Below are positions 1 through 7,877 of a stretch of DNA of 9,284 bases, piece by piece. A model generated the notes under the pieces. That model had not been told where the DNA came from. It did no database searches and saw only the letters and a program-made list of their open reading frames with translations. The stretch lies in IMG/VR virus record IMGVR_UViG_2778261085_000014; one strand, written 5' to 3'. Source of the DNA: a virus (Duplodnaviria > Heunggongvirae > Uroviricota > Caudoviricetes). Position 1 is the first letter of the stretch. The number at the start of each line of letters is the position of its first letter. The position numbers and the translations under genes were made by a program.

Positions 1-51
1 AACAAATCAAAAGGGGTTTTAATAACTGGCTCAAAGCTGAAAGCTTTCCGG

Positions 52-81
52 AACCCCCAGCCTAGCTGGGGGTTTTCTGTG
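52..81 (+). terminator. Rho-independent terminator-like hairpin: stem AACCCCCAGC / GCTGGGGGTT, 3-nt loop CTA, then TTCTGT
   Basis: Perfect 10-bp GC-rich inverted repeat (52-61 / 65-74) followed by a T-rich run on the plus strand; the minus-strand side has no T-tract. Likely ends a plus-strand gene lying upstream of the window. Confidence 0.5.
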
Positions 82-744
82 CACAAAAAAGTTTTATCTT
101 TACTAAAGATAAAACATAATAATTATGCTGCAGCGCTGAATTTTGACAACAAAATATATGAACCAGCAAATATTGTTGCAAATGAGCTCAGGAAGAAAAA
201 CAAAAAATTAGTTATATTTAACCCTTATGGCTCTCAGAATAGCAGAACCTTATCTGATGAACAGATAAACAAAGTACTAGCTTACCTTAATAACCTTAAG
301 GGATATCACACAATAGTTTTTAATATGGGAAAACAGATTAATCACAATGGATTGGATAATGTGTCTCTATCTCCATTTTCTGATGCAGGATGTTCATTTG
401 CATTGGTTCGTCATGCTGATTTTGTTATAACTGTAGATACTGCTATTGTACATTTAGCCAGTGCATTAAACATTAAACAATACTGTATATATAATAACAG
501 AATGCATGAAGGAAAATTCGAAAACAATATTGTGTGGGGGCCAAACAGCAAATTAGCGACTCAACTCACCACATCCGAACATCTAAGGTCTGAAGGGGGC
601 GACGATATGCATAAATTCGACATAATGATCTTAATTAATGCTATCAAACAAGATTTGACAAACGATATACCGAATTACCACTCGGATTTAGGTTGTAAAA
701 ATAGATCCAGAAACCCAGAATTAGAAAGTAGCAATTCTTTATAA
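79..744 (+). CDS. AT-rich ORF encoding a glycosyltransferase family 9 (heptosyltransferase-like) C-terminal domain; probably 5'-truncated or a stand-alone domain; start uncertain (GTG at 79)
   Basis: Translation contains KKLVIFNPYGS and ADFVITVDTAIVHLASAL, which resemble the nucleotide-sugar-binding C-domain of LPS heptosyltransferases such as WaaC (compared from memory). Only about 40 residues precede the C-domain motif, so the N-terminal acceptor domain appears absent. The frame is open back to position 1, but a GC-rich hairpin sits immediately 5'. Composition is visibly AT-rich against the adjacent GC-rich tail genes. Confidence 0.5.
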   Translation: MHKKVLSLLKIKHNNYAAALNFDNKIYEPANIVANELRKKNKKLVIFNPYGSQNSRTLSDEQINKVLAYLNNLKGYHTIVFNMGKQINHNGLDNVSLSPFSDAGCSFALVRHADFVITVDTAIVHLASALNIKQYCIYNNRMHEGKFENNIVWGPNSKLATQLTTSEHLRSEGGDDMHKFDIMILINAIKQDLTNDIPNYHSDLGCKNRSRNPELESSNSL

Positions 745-780
745 AGTAGAAACCTCAACAGTTTTATCAGGGCCTACGAT

Positions 781-831
781 ATATTATATAACAACAAGCC
801 GCCCATTACCCAATATGAGGGTATTGGCGGC
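781..831 (-). terminator. Putative terminator of the tail operon after U: imperfect GC-rich hairpin followed by a T-rich tract on the minus strand
   Basis: Minus strand just after the U stop reads GCCGCCAATACCC-tcatatt-GGGTAATGGGCGGC then TTGTTGTTATATAATAT. Arms span 798-811 and 819-831 with one mismatch and one bulge. Confidence 0.4.
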
Positions 832-840
832 AATGTAAAA

Positions 841-1335
841 TCAGAACAGTCCTTTAACTGAACTGGCCGCGCTGTTAAGGGATGATGTCACCTTATCTTT
901 GAAGCCGGACAGCATATCGCTGAACGATGAGGATTGCAGGCGCTCCCGCAAATCCTCATCACAGCGTTCAAGAGTCAGTGAAAATTCTATCTTTTTCGCC
1001 TTACCGTAGCGATCAAACTCGGAGCGGGTCGTATTCGTTTCAGTCAGGACATACATGCCGTAAATCTGCCCGACACCATCAATCAGAGGCCAGGGCCGCC
1101 CTGTATATGCCTGCGTGGTCAGCAGCGACAGCGACACTTCGCCACCTGTAATTTCAGGATAAAGCACACCAGAAAGAACGATGCGATCATCACCTGCACC
1201 GATATACTGCCAGCTTGCTGAACGGTTAACGCGTTCATTTTTCACATGCCGCCAGCTTTTGTTTTGCTGTAACTGCTGATGCGGCAGTGTGCGCAGCTCA
1301 AAAACAAACATGCCGTAGATCATCATCATGGCCAT
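841..1335 (-). CDS. U: Phage tail protein, P2 gpU-like
   Basis: 164-aa ORF starting 6 nt after the tape-measure stop, in the position and size expected for P2 gpU (downstream of T in the FI-FII-E-T-U-D operon); assignment is by position and size, no specific motif checked. Confidence 0.75.
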   Translation of the reverse strand: MAMMMIYGMFVFELRTLPHQQLQQNKSWRHVKNERVNRSASWQYIGAGDDRIVLSGVLYPEITGGEVSLSLLTTQAYTGRPWPLIDGVGQIYGMYVLTETNTTRSEFDRYGKAKKIEFSLTLERCDEDLRERLQSSSFSDMLSGFKDKVTSSLNSAASSVKGLF

Positions 1336-1341
1336 GACTCC

Positions 1342-4185
1342 TCAATCTTTATCGTAAAAACTTCCACGCCCGGCACGGGCGCGCCGTTCCATTTCTGCCC
1401 TGACCATTTCACCGACCAGTTTCGCCAGTTCGCGGGGATTCTGCGTAACAACGTTATGCAGATGAACATGAATTTCACCGCCAAATCCGGAGGCAACAGG
1501 CTCCCGGTTACGGGAAGTTGCAGGAACTGATGCCACTGGCGATCGTATGGCCTCTGCCACCGGGCGGGAGCTGGCCGCAACAACAGGGACCAGCGCCGGA
1601 GGCAGCGGAGCCGGAACCACAGGTGTGATATTAATTGCGGGGGCAGGCTTACTGACCTGCGCAATCTTCCGCTCCTGCCACTCCCCACGAACAGCAAGTG
1701 CGCGGGGCAGGTTCTTAAAGACAATATCGCCGGGGCCAATGCGTTTTTTCGTCTCATCAACCAGCTTACCTGTGTTATCAGCAATTTTGCTGAGTCTGCG
1801 CAGCGTACCGGTATTGCTGTCTGTGAGCGGTTTATTGTCTTTGGAGTTATCACCTCCGGTGCCATTGCCATTTTCCACAGGCTTCGGCGGATTGATTTTC
1901 GCCAGGTCCCCCTGAAGCAAGGCAACCTTGTCCTGAAGAATGGCCGCACGCTGTGCGTCTTCGATTTTCTTGCGCGCCCTTTCCGCTTCATCCGGAAGGA
2001 CGCCAAGTTTTTCAAGTATCCACGCCAGCGTATCCAGCAGCATTTTGGCAGGTGTCAGAACAAGCTGTAACGCACCGCCAAGAACGTTACCGAATATCTC
2101 GCCAGCACTGGTACATTTATCCAGCGTTTCCTTGCTGGACTCCATCGGTGACAGCAGCGATTTAAACCAGTTAAACACCTGGCTGATCCCGCTCCCGATT
2201 GCGTCAAAAACAGGACCAAACCGTTCAAAGGTTTCGCGCAACGGGGCCAGCCTTTCCATAATCCCGCTGAACACCCCGGCAAAAAATGCCCTGATGGGAT
2301 CCCAGTATTTCCAGATAAGAACGGCAGCTCCGGCAAGCGCAGCCACGATAAGACCAACCGGACTGAACAACGCCCCGATAGCGCCTCCCAGCAAAGAAAC
2401 AGAACCCGCCACCATTCCCCACAGCGCAGGCAACACCCTGACGACATTCATTGACCGGGTAAGAATGTCAAAACCAAGACGCAGGGTGGCCAGCTTCCCG
2501 TAAAGCACCCCAATAACCAGCGACAACGAGCCAATCGTTGCAGTCATTGCCAGCAACGCACCGCCTGCTATCAGTAGCTGGCGCGTCAGTACCGGATGGG
2601 CCTGCGCCAGCGAGGTGATTTTTTCAAGCACCCGCGTGAGCCACTGCGTGACAGAACGCAGCGGACCGTCAACCAGATCACTGATGCGAATACGAAGACC
2701 TTCCCATGCGCTGTCGAGATTTTTCAGGTCCCCATCAAGATTATCGGCCATTACTTTTGCAACGCGATCGGCCTCTCCCCTTGCCCCCTGCAATTCTCTG
2801 GTCAGTTTTTGCAGCTCTCCTGAACCAGCCGCCGCAACAAGCGTCTGCAAACCAACGAACGCCTCTTCTCCGGCGATGTCCTTGAAGAAGGAGACCTGGT
2901 CCACCTGTCCGTATTTTTGTGTCGCCTTATAAAGATCAAGCAGCACATCCTCCATCGGGCGCATTTTGCCTCTGGCGTCAGCAACTGACACCCCCAGCTC
3001 TTTCAGTGCATCAGCCGCAGCTTTTGGCGGTGATGCAAGGCGGGACAGACTTGCGCGCATGGCCGTACCAGCATCGCTTCCGCGAAGACCATTATTGGCA
3101 AGCATCCCGGCCATGGCCGCCGCTTCTTCAAGACTGATACCAAGTTTTGCGGCAACCGGACCGGTATACTTCATGGTTTCGCCCAGCGCGCGTAAATCAG
3201 TATTGGTCCGGGTGAATACTGCTGTCAGCGTATCGCCAACCCGGTCCATTTGATCGGCTGTCAGGTTGAACTGTGTGAGGATATTGGAGCCTATATCAGC
3301 CGTCTCGCCGAGTTCGACGCCACCTGCCAGCGCCATATTAAGAACACCGGGCAATGCGGCCTGAATGGCCTGCGGAGTAAAACCAGCCATTGCCAGAAAA
3401 CTCTGCCCACTGGCGGCATCACTCGCAGTAAACTGTGTTTCAGAGCCAAGTTTTAACGCCTGCTCACGCAGCGCCTTAAACTGCGGGCTGTTTTTGTCGA
3501 TTCGCGTCAGTGCCTGAACGCGGGACATCTCTTTCCCGAACCCGATCGCGGGCTGCAAAAAACGTCCGGCAGCATAGCCGCCAGCCGCTGCCGCACCAAT
3601 TGCCAGCGCACCACCTGTTTTCAGTTTTCCCGCAGTTTCCTGCGCGCGCGAATACCGCTCACGCGCCCGCGTTACACGCGCAAGCGCCTGCCGTTCGCGT
3701 TCAAGCTGGTTGTTGTATTGTTCGGTGCGTCTGATGGCCTGCTGAATGGTGTTATCGCTGCCTGTCAGGGAAATGCCGTGGCGTTTCAGCTCTCCGCCAA
3801 GCTCCCGCATTTTCTGAATTTCCCGTGTGCGCGATTCATTCAGGCGTTCAAGCCGGGTGCTTAACTGCTGCATCAGCTTTTGTTGTTTTTCGCTGAGCAC
3901 TGTACCCGTGCGTTGTAACTGATTAAGGGCGTTAAGCTGGCGTCGTGCTTTCACGATACCCGCATCCGCTTTACTGACAGCGTCGCGGGCGCGCTCAAAT
4001 GAACGCGCCTGACGCTCGAGATTTTTGATCGCCCCCTGCGTTCGCTGGATGGAGTCACCAAACTGCCCCATCAGGCGGCGGGCGTTTTCGGCAGGCCGGG
4101 TCAGCCTGTCAACGGCGCTGAAAGCGACCCGGATATCAAGAGTCTTCATTGTCTGCATTCCCGCTGCGAAGTGCCGCCCGCTCAC
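1342..4185 (-). CDS. T: Tail tape measure protein, P2 gpT-like
   Basis: 947-aa ORF with a coiled-coil-like N-terminal region, a conserved tape-measure core (for example LTAVFTRTNTDLRALGETMKYTGPVAAKLGISLEEAAAMAGMLANNGLRGSDAGTAMRASLSRL), long hydrophobic Gly/Ala-rich segments and a Pro/Ala/Val-rich C-terminal stretch. Its start overlaps the E' frame as in P2. The start codon could be the internal Met at MQTMKT. Confidence 0.9.
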   Translation of the reverse strand: MSGRHFAAGMQTMKTLDIRVAFSAVDRLTRPAENARRLMGQFGDSIQRTQGAIKNLERQARSFERARDAVSKADAGIVKARRQLNALNQLQRTGTVLSEKQQKLMQQLSTRLERLNESRTREIQKMRELGGELKRHGISLTGSDNTIQQAIRRTEQYNNQLERERQALARVTRARERYSRAQETAGKLKTGGALAIGAAAAGGYAAGRFLQPAIGFGKEMSRVQALTRIDKNSPQFKALREQALKLGSETQFTASDAASGQSFLAMAGFTPQAIQAALPGVLNMALAGGVELGETADIGSNILTQFNLTADQMDRVGDTLTAVFTRTNTDLRALGETMKYTGPVAAKLGISLEEAAAMAGMLANNGLRGSDAGTAMRASLSRLASPPKAAADALKELGVSVADARGKMRPMEDVLLDLYKATQKYGQVDQVSFFKDIAGEEAFVGLQTLVAAAGSGELQKLTRELQGARGEADRVAKVMADNLDGDLKNLDSAWEGLRIRISDLVDGPLRSVTQWLTRVLEKITSLAQAHPVLTRQLLIAGGALLAMTATIGSLSLVIGVLYGKLATLRLGFDILTRSMNVVRVLPALWGMVAGSVSLLGGAIGALFSPVGLIVAALAGAAVLIWKYWDPIRAFFAGVFSGIMERLAPLRETFERFGPVFDAIGSGISQVFNWFKSLLSPMESSKETLDKCTSAGEIFGNVLGGALQLVLTPAKMLLDTLAWILEKLGVLPDEAERARKKIEDAQRAAILQDKVALLQGDLAKINPPKPVENGNGTGGDNSKDNKPLTDSNTGTLRRLSKIADNTGKLVDETKKRIGPGDIVFKNLPRALAVRGEWQERKIAQVSKPAPAINITPVVPAPLPPALVPVVAASSRPVAEAIRSPVASVPATSRNREPVASGFGGEIHVHLHNVVTQNPRELAKLVGEMVRAEMERRARAGRGSFYDKD

Positions 4186-4665
4186 GCCAGCTAACCACTT
4201 CGCCGGGCGTCATCATGAAGATTTCGGCGGGCGACCAGTTAAAAATAACGGCAATATCTGCCACAAAGTCTTCTATGTGCTCAAAGCACACAACCGTGAT
4301 CAGGCTTCCGTCGCCTGTTCGTTCTTCCCGCCAGAGTCCGCACCGCTCAAAAAATTTACGGCAACCACACATAACTGAATAAAGTCACGGGATGCCATTT
4401 TTTTGATCGTCACTTCATCCAGTCGCGGTGATGTCACGCGTGACAGCAGCGTAAACATGGATTCCGCTTTCAGATTCAGCACATCAGACAGCGACAAATC
4501 TCGCAGAGATCCAGCCTGCTCAATAGCTCCAGTGATCTCCACATACGTGATTTTTTCGCCGCCTCGCTCAATTGATTGGGTAAGTTTTACGCCACGCTCA
4601 CTGGTTTCTTTCACAGTGTCAGCAACGACCGTGTTTTCGGTATCGATGTTTTTCGTCTCTTTCAT
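4136..4665 (-). CDS. Tail assembly chaperone E+E' fusion made by programmed -1 ribosomal frameshift (E frame 4665 to about 4351, then E' frame to 4136)
   Basis: The E frame (stop at 4300) and the overlapping 78-codon E' frame (4372-4136) share the heptamer T TTT TTG at 4348-4354 on the minus strand. In the E frame it reads AAT TTT TTG (N F L); a -1 slip gives TTT TTT GAG, which continues in the E' frame. Same arrangement as P2 E/E' and lambda G/GT. Confidence 0.6.
4300..4665 (-). CDS. E: Tail assembly chaperone, P2 gpE-like (unshifted product)
   Basis: 121-aa acidic ORF between tube and tape-measure genes. Strong SD (AAGGAG) 7 nt upstream of the ATG on the minus strand. Slippery heptamer near its 3' end. 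Confidence 0.75.
   Translation of the reverse strand: MKETKNIDTENTVVADTVKETSERGVKLTQSIERGGEKITYVEITGAIEQAGSLRDLSLSDVLNLKAESMFTLLSRVTSPRLDEVTIKKMASRDFIQLCVVAVNFLSGADSGGKNEQATEA
4348..4354 (-). other. Slippery heptamer T TTT TTG for the E to E+E' -1 frameshift
   Basis: Plus strand CAAAAAA at 4348-4354 equals minus strand TTTTTTG, lying exactly in the E/E' overlap with the phase that shifts the E frame into the E' frame. Confidence 0.6.
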
Positions 4666-4719
4666 CAGGAAACTCCTTTCAGTCAGAGGCGACGCACTGC
4701 GCCGCCTGCATATTACTTA

Positions 4720-5232
4720 TCAGCCAAGCCCGAGCGCAGAACGGATGCGATCGGGCACAATGTCCTTGCCGTCCTTCCGGTAAATGAAGTTCAGCAGGTC
4801 AATCTCCCACAACGGGCGATCGTTAACACTCAGCTTGTAGTAGGTGTTTTTAATGGCGTAAGTGTGTGATGTGGCTTCGCCCTGTTTGGCTTCCCCCATA
4901 TCAATTTCCGTCACACGTCCGCGCATTTCGACTTCATACAGGTCGCTTTCTGCATCGGTGTAATATTCACCCGCAAAACGCAGCAGCGTGCCATCAATCG
5001 TGCCGCCATACTTAAGGAACAGCTCACGAACTGCGCCCCCCATGACAAAGCTCGCATCAAGCGCGGAGTCGTCCAGACCGAGATCAATACTTACCGCACC
5101 CATCATGCCACCACCCCGGTAGCTGTCGGTTTTGCGCGTCAGCTTAGGCAGAGTGACGGACGTCACCTTACCCACTTCGTTTTCACCATCCACAAACAGC
5201 GTAAAAAAGCGAAGATGTTTTGGCACAGCCAT
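4720..5232 (-). CDS. FII: Contractile tail tube protein, P2 gpFII-like
   Basis: 170-aa ORF directly downstream of the sheath gene. Its start overlaps the sheath stop (minus strand TGATG at 5230-5234), suggesting translational coupling. Size and position match P2 FII. Confidence 0.9.
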   Translation of the reverse strand: MAVPKHLRFFTLFVDGENEVGKVTSVTLPKLTRKTDSYRGGGMMGAVSIDLGLDDSALDASFVMGGAVRELFLKYGGTIDGTLLRFAGEYYTDAESDLYEVEMRGRVTEIDMGEAKQGEATSHTYAIKNTYYKLSVNDRPLWEIDLLNFIYRKDGKDIVPDRIRSALGLG

Positions 5233-6416
5233 CAGGCACCTCCCAGCACCGCAAATGCGGGTTCAAAGTATTCATCAGTAAACGTCTGGTAAAGCTCCAT
5301 GTCTTCCAGTGGCGGAACGGGCGTATATTTGTAGCGAATACGCACACGTCCCTGACGTAAATCCGTGGTGCTGTTATCCACCACGTCATACCAGCACTCC
5401 GCGCCAATCAGTTTCCCGGCAGTCACCAGCGAATCCAGTTTTGCCCTGATGGCACTGATAACATCCTTCACGTTCGCAGGCGTCAGTGGACTGTCGATGG
5501 TTTCAAACTGCGCTTCCGCAATTGAATCAGCCAGCACCTGTGCGGTTCGGGTATACACCTCAAAGATGTAGGCGTTCGTTTCCGGTGTGCGGTTGCCCCA
5601 GAAGCGGAACCCGTTGCGACGAATAATGGTCGTGATTTCTTTGTTGTTAAGGCTGTTGGCATCACTGTCTTCGGCCTGCAACGACCAGAAAACATGCCTC
5701 GACATCCCCAGCACATTTTTAACCGGAACGTTGGACAGCGATTTGTGCCATCCCTGCTCATGGTCAATGTACGCACGAAGACCGCACGCATAGGCAGGCG
5801 CGGGGAACGTTTCGTTTTTGCCACTTTTCGGGTTGTAGGCGATGAAGTCCGGCCATAAGAGCATCACCTCACGTTCGTTGAATTTCTGGCGGTAGGTAAT
5901 CGCCGCAGCCATCGTGTTACAGCCGTGACATGAGGCATACACAAACGCGCGCAGTTTACCTGCAATCACGCACAGGGATTTTGTTACAGCCTCCGTGTCC
6001 AGCTCCGGCGCGGCCAGAATACGCGGACGGTATCCGATGCTTTCATCCTGCTCTGCAACAAGCAGCGCATACATCCCCGTATAGCTGCCGTCATCCTCAG
6101 AACCACCGATAACCAGTTGATCCTGCGTCTTTCCGTCTTCTTCTTTGTGTTCAGCCACGCGAACGACGATCACCTTTGTGCTCACCTGGTCTGCGATGGC
6201 CTTAAGCGCACGATAAAGCGTCCCCGTTGTCCCGCATTTTCCCAGCACGTCATTGACGCGGGTCAGCAGTGTGGGCTTGTTCAGCGGGAACAGCTTCGCG
6301 TCCGCATCATCCGCCGTTGCCACGATACCGATAACGCTGGAATCAACATCGTTAATCGCTGTTACCAGGTCGGTATTTTCCGTAACACGGGCACCATGAA
6401 AACGAGTTTCACTCAT
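5232..6416 (-). CDS. FI: Contractile tail sheath protein, P2 gpFI-like
   Basis: 394-aa ORF with AAGGGG SD upstream of the ATG on the minus strand. Size, position (first gene of the operon, followed by tube) and translation fit the tail sheath family. Confidence 0.9.
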   Translation of the reverse strand: MSETRFHGARVTENTDLVTAINDVDSSVIGIVATADDADAKLFPLNKPTLLTRVNDVLGKCGTTGTLYRALKAIADQVSTKVIVVRVAEHKEEDGKTQDQLVIGGSEDDGSYTGMYALLVAEQDESIGYRPRILAAPELDTEAVTKSLCVIAGKLRAFVYASCHGCNTMAAAITYRQKFNEREVMLLWPDFIAYNPKSGKNETFPAPAYACGLRAYIDHEQGWHKSLSNVPVKNVLGMSRHVFWSLQAEDSDANSLNNKEITTIIRRNGFRFWGNRTPETNAYIFEVYTRTAQVLADSIAEAQFETIDSPLTPANVKDVISAIRAKLDSLVTAGKLIGAECWYDVVDNSTTDLRQGRVRIRYKYTPVPPLEDMELYQTFTDEYFEPAFAVLGGA

Positions 6417-6573
6417 AGCTTCAGCCCCTTGTATCCGTTAAATGATTCGGCAACAATCATCACCCACCACGCGCGTAATCTCACCCCTGCGCCATTCTCC
6501 CGCCACGGCGACAACAAAAAGCAGTAACCCCCTCCGCACGTACATGCGACCATGCCACACAGGGAGGGAGCAG

Positions 6574-7683
6574 ATGACCGACACCACCATGCAATTGCTC
6601 AGTCAGGGCACAGACCCCGTAAAAATGCCGGATTTTGATATTCTCGCGGAGGGTAAAACGCTGTCAGGCGTGGCAGAGCGCCTGATGAGCCTGTCACTGA
6701 CCGACAACCGGGGATTTGAGGCAGACCAGCTCACCATCACGCTGGATGATGCGGATGGTCAGTTGCAGCTACCGCCACGGGGCGCACGCCTGACGGTTCT
6801 CATTGGCTGGAAAGGCGAACCGCTGACAGAAAAAGGCACTTACATTGTTGATGAAATCGCTCACGAAGGACCACCGGACAGGCTGACTGTTTCAGCCAGA
6901 AGCGCAGATTTTCGGGATGAATTTAACGTTAAACGAGAGGTGTCCTGGCATGATGTGACCGTTGAGCGTGTGGTATCCGCCATCGCTCATCGGTACGGTC
7001 TGAAACCGCAAATCAGCGAAATGCTGATGGATATCGAAATCGACCACGCCGACCAGACCGAAGAAAGCGACATGTCCTTCCTTACGCGCATGGCGGAAAT
7101 GCTGGGCGCAATCACCACGGTAAAAAGCGGCAATCTGTTATTCATCATGCCAGGTGGTGGCGTGAACGCGCAGGGCCAGCCGTTGCCCTCGTTCGCCATT
7201 ACACGCAGCAGCGGCGATCGCCATCAGTTCCGCATTGCTGACCGCGAAGCGTATACGGGGGTACGCGCTTACTGGCTTGATCTTAATTACGGGAAAAAGA
7301 AAAAAGTCAGCGTGAAACGCCGCAAACCGCCAAAACCCAAAAAGGAGAAAAGCAGCAGCCGTGAAGGTGATTATATGGAAGGCGCGGAAGGCAATGTGTT
7401 TGTGTTACGCAAGACTTATCAGAACGAGCAGGCAGCAAGACGCGCAGCGGCGGCAAAGTGGCAGCAGCTACAACGCGGAGCCGCATCATTCTCCATCACA
7501 CTGGCACGCGGACGCGCAGAACTCTACCCCGAAATGCATGGCACGGTAACAGGATTTAAAAGCGAGATTGATAATCAGGACTGGATTATTGCAAAAGCCG
7601 AGCACACCATTGATAACAGTGGCTTTACCACGCAGCTTGAGCTTGAAGCCAAAATCCCGGAATGGATAGCAGAAACAGAGTAA
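6574..7683 (+). CDS. D: Phage late control gene D protein (gpD, Mu gpP-like tail/baseplate protein)
   Basis: Translation contains blocks typical of the gpD family (RLMSLSLTDNRGFEADQLTITLDDADGQ, SARSADFR, SWHD) and a Lys-rich linker. Start chosen at ATG 6574, which has an AGGGAGGG SD 5 nt upstream; the ORF track's 6442 is just the first in-frame ATG. Confidence 0.85.
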   Translation: MTDTTMQLLSQGTDPVKMPDFDILAEGKTLSGVAERLMSLSLTDNRGFEADQLTITLDDADGQLQLPPRGARLTVLIGWKGEPLTEKGTYIVDEIAHEGPPDRLTVSARSADFRDEFNVKREVSWHDVTVERVVSAIAHRYGLKPQISEMLMDIEIDHADQTEESDMSFLTRMAEMLGAITTVKSGNLLFIMPGGGVNAQGQPLPSFAITRSSGDRHQFRIADREAYTGVRAYWLDLNYGKKKKVSVKRRKPPKPKKEKSSSREGDYMEGAEGNVFVLRKTYQNEQAARRAAAAKWQQLQRGAASFSITLARGRAELYPEMHGTVTGFKSEIDNQDWIIAKAEHTIDNSGFTTQLELEAKIPEWIAETE

Positions 7684-7877
7684 ACAACTTAGATGCATTA
7701 GCCCTGACATTTGCTAACGCGCTTACAGCAAGAATCATAACCAATCTGACAGCCTACCCGGTGTCAAAATCAGAAGAGCCTTACATTAGAATATGTTAAT
7801 TTGTAGCAAACAAATTTACACACAAATGATTACTGCTGAAATAGCCCCCATAAATGCTATGTCAAAGGATCCATGTT

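Noticed and set aside
1326-2503. Several long ORFs nested in or antisense to the tape-measure gene (1326-2015 minus, 1547-1915 plus, 1940-2503 plus, 2055-2447 minus and others)
   Set aside because: All lie entirely within the well-supported 947-aa T gene in other frames or on the opposite strand. Their translations are Arg/Ser/Pro-rich low-complexity strings typical of spurious frames in GC-rich coding DNA, and none has a convincing start context.
4403-6527. Plus-strand ORFs antisense to E, FII and FI, and minus-strand ORFs nested in FI (4403-4783, 4576-4869, 5183-5407, 5483-5824, 5365-5571, 5587-5793, 5930-6112, 6117-6527)
   Set aside because: All are shadow frames of confidently assigned tail genes.
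6442-6573. Upstream extension of the D ORF to the first in-frame ATG at 6442
   Set aside because: That start would place the ORF against the FI ribosome-binding region with no SD of its own, whereas ATG 6574 has a strong AGGGAGGG SD 5 nt upstream; the extension is also Ser/Pro/Thr/Arg-rich low-complexity sequence.
7291-7350. A-rich run (GGGAAAAAGAAAAAAGTC) in gene D, considered as a slippage or phase-variation site
   Set aside because: The reading frame is continuous through it and it simply encodes a Lys-rich linker (GKKKKVSVKRRKPPKPKKEK); no alternative frame continues productively.
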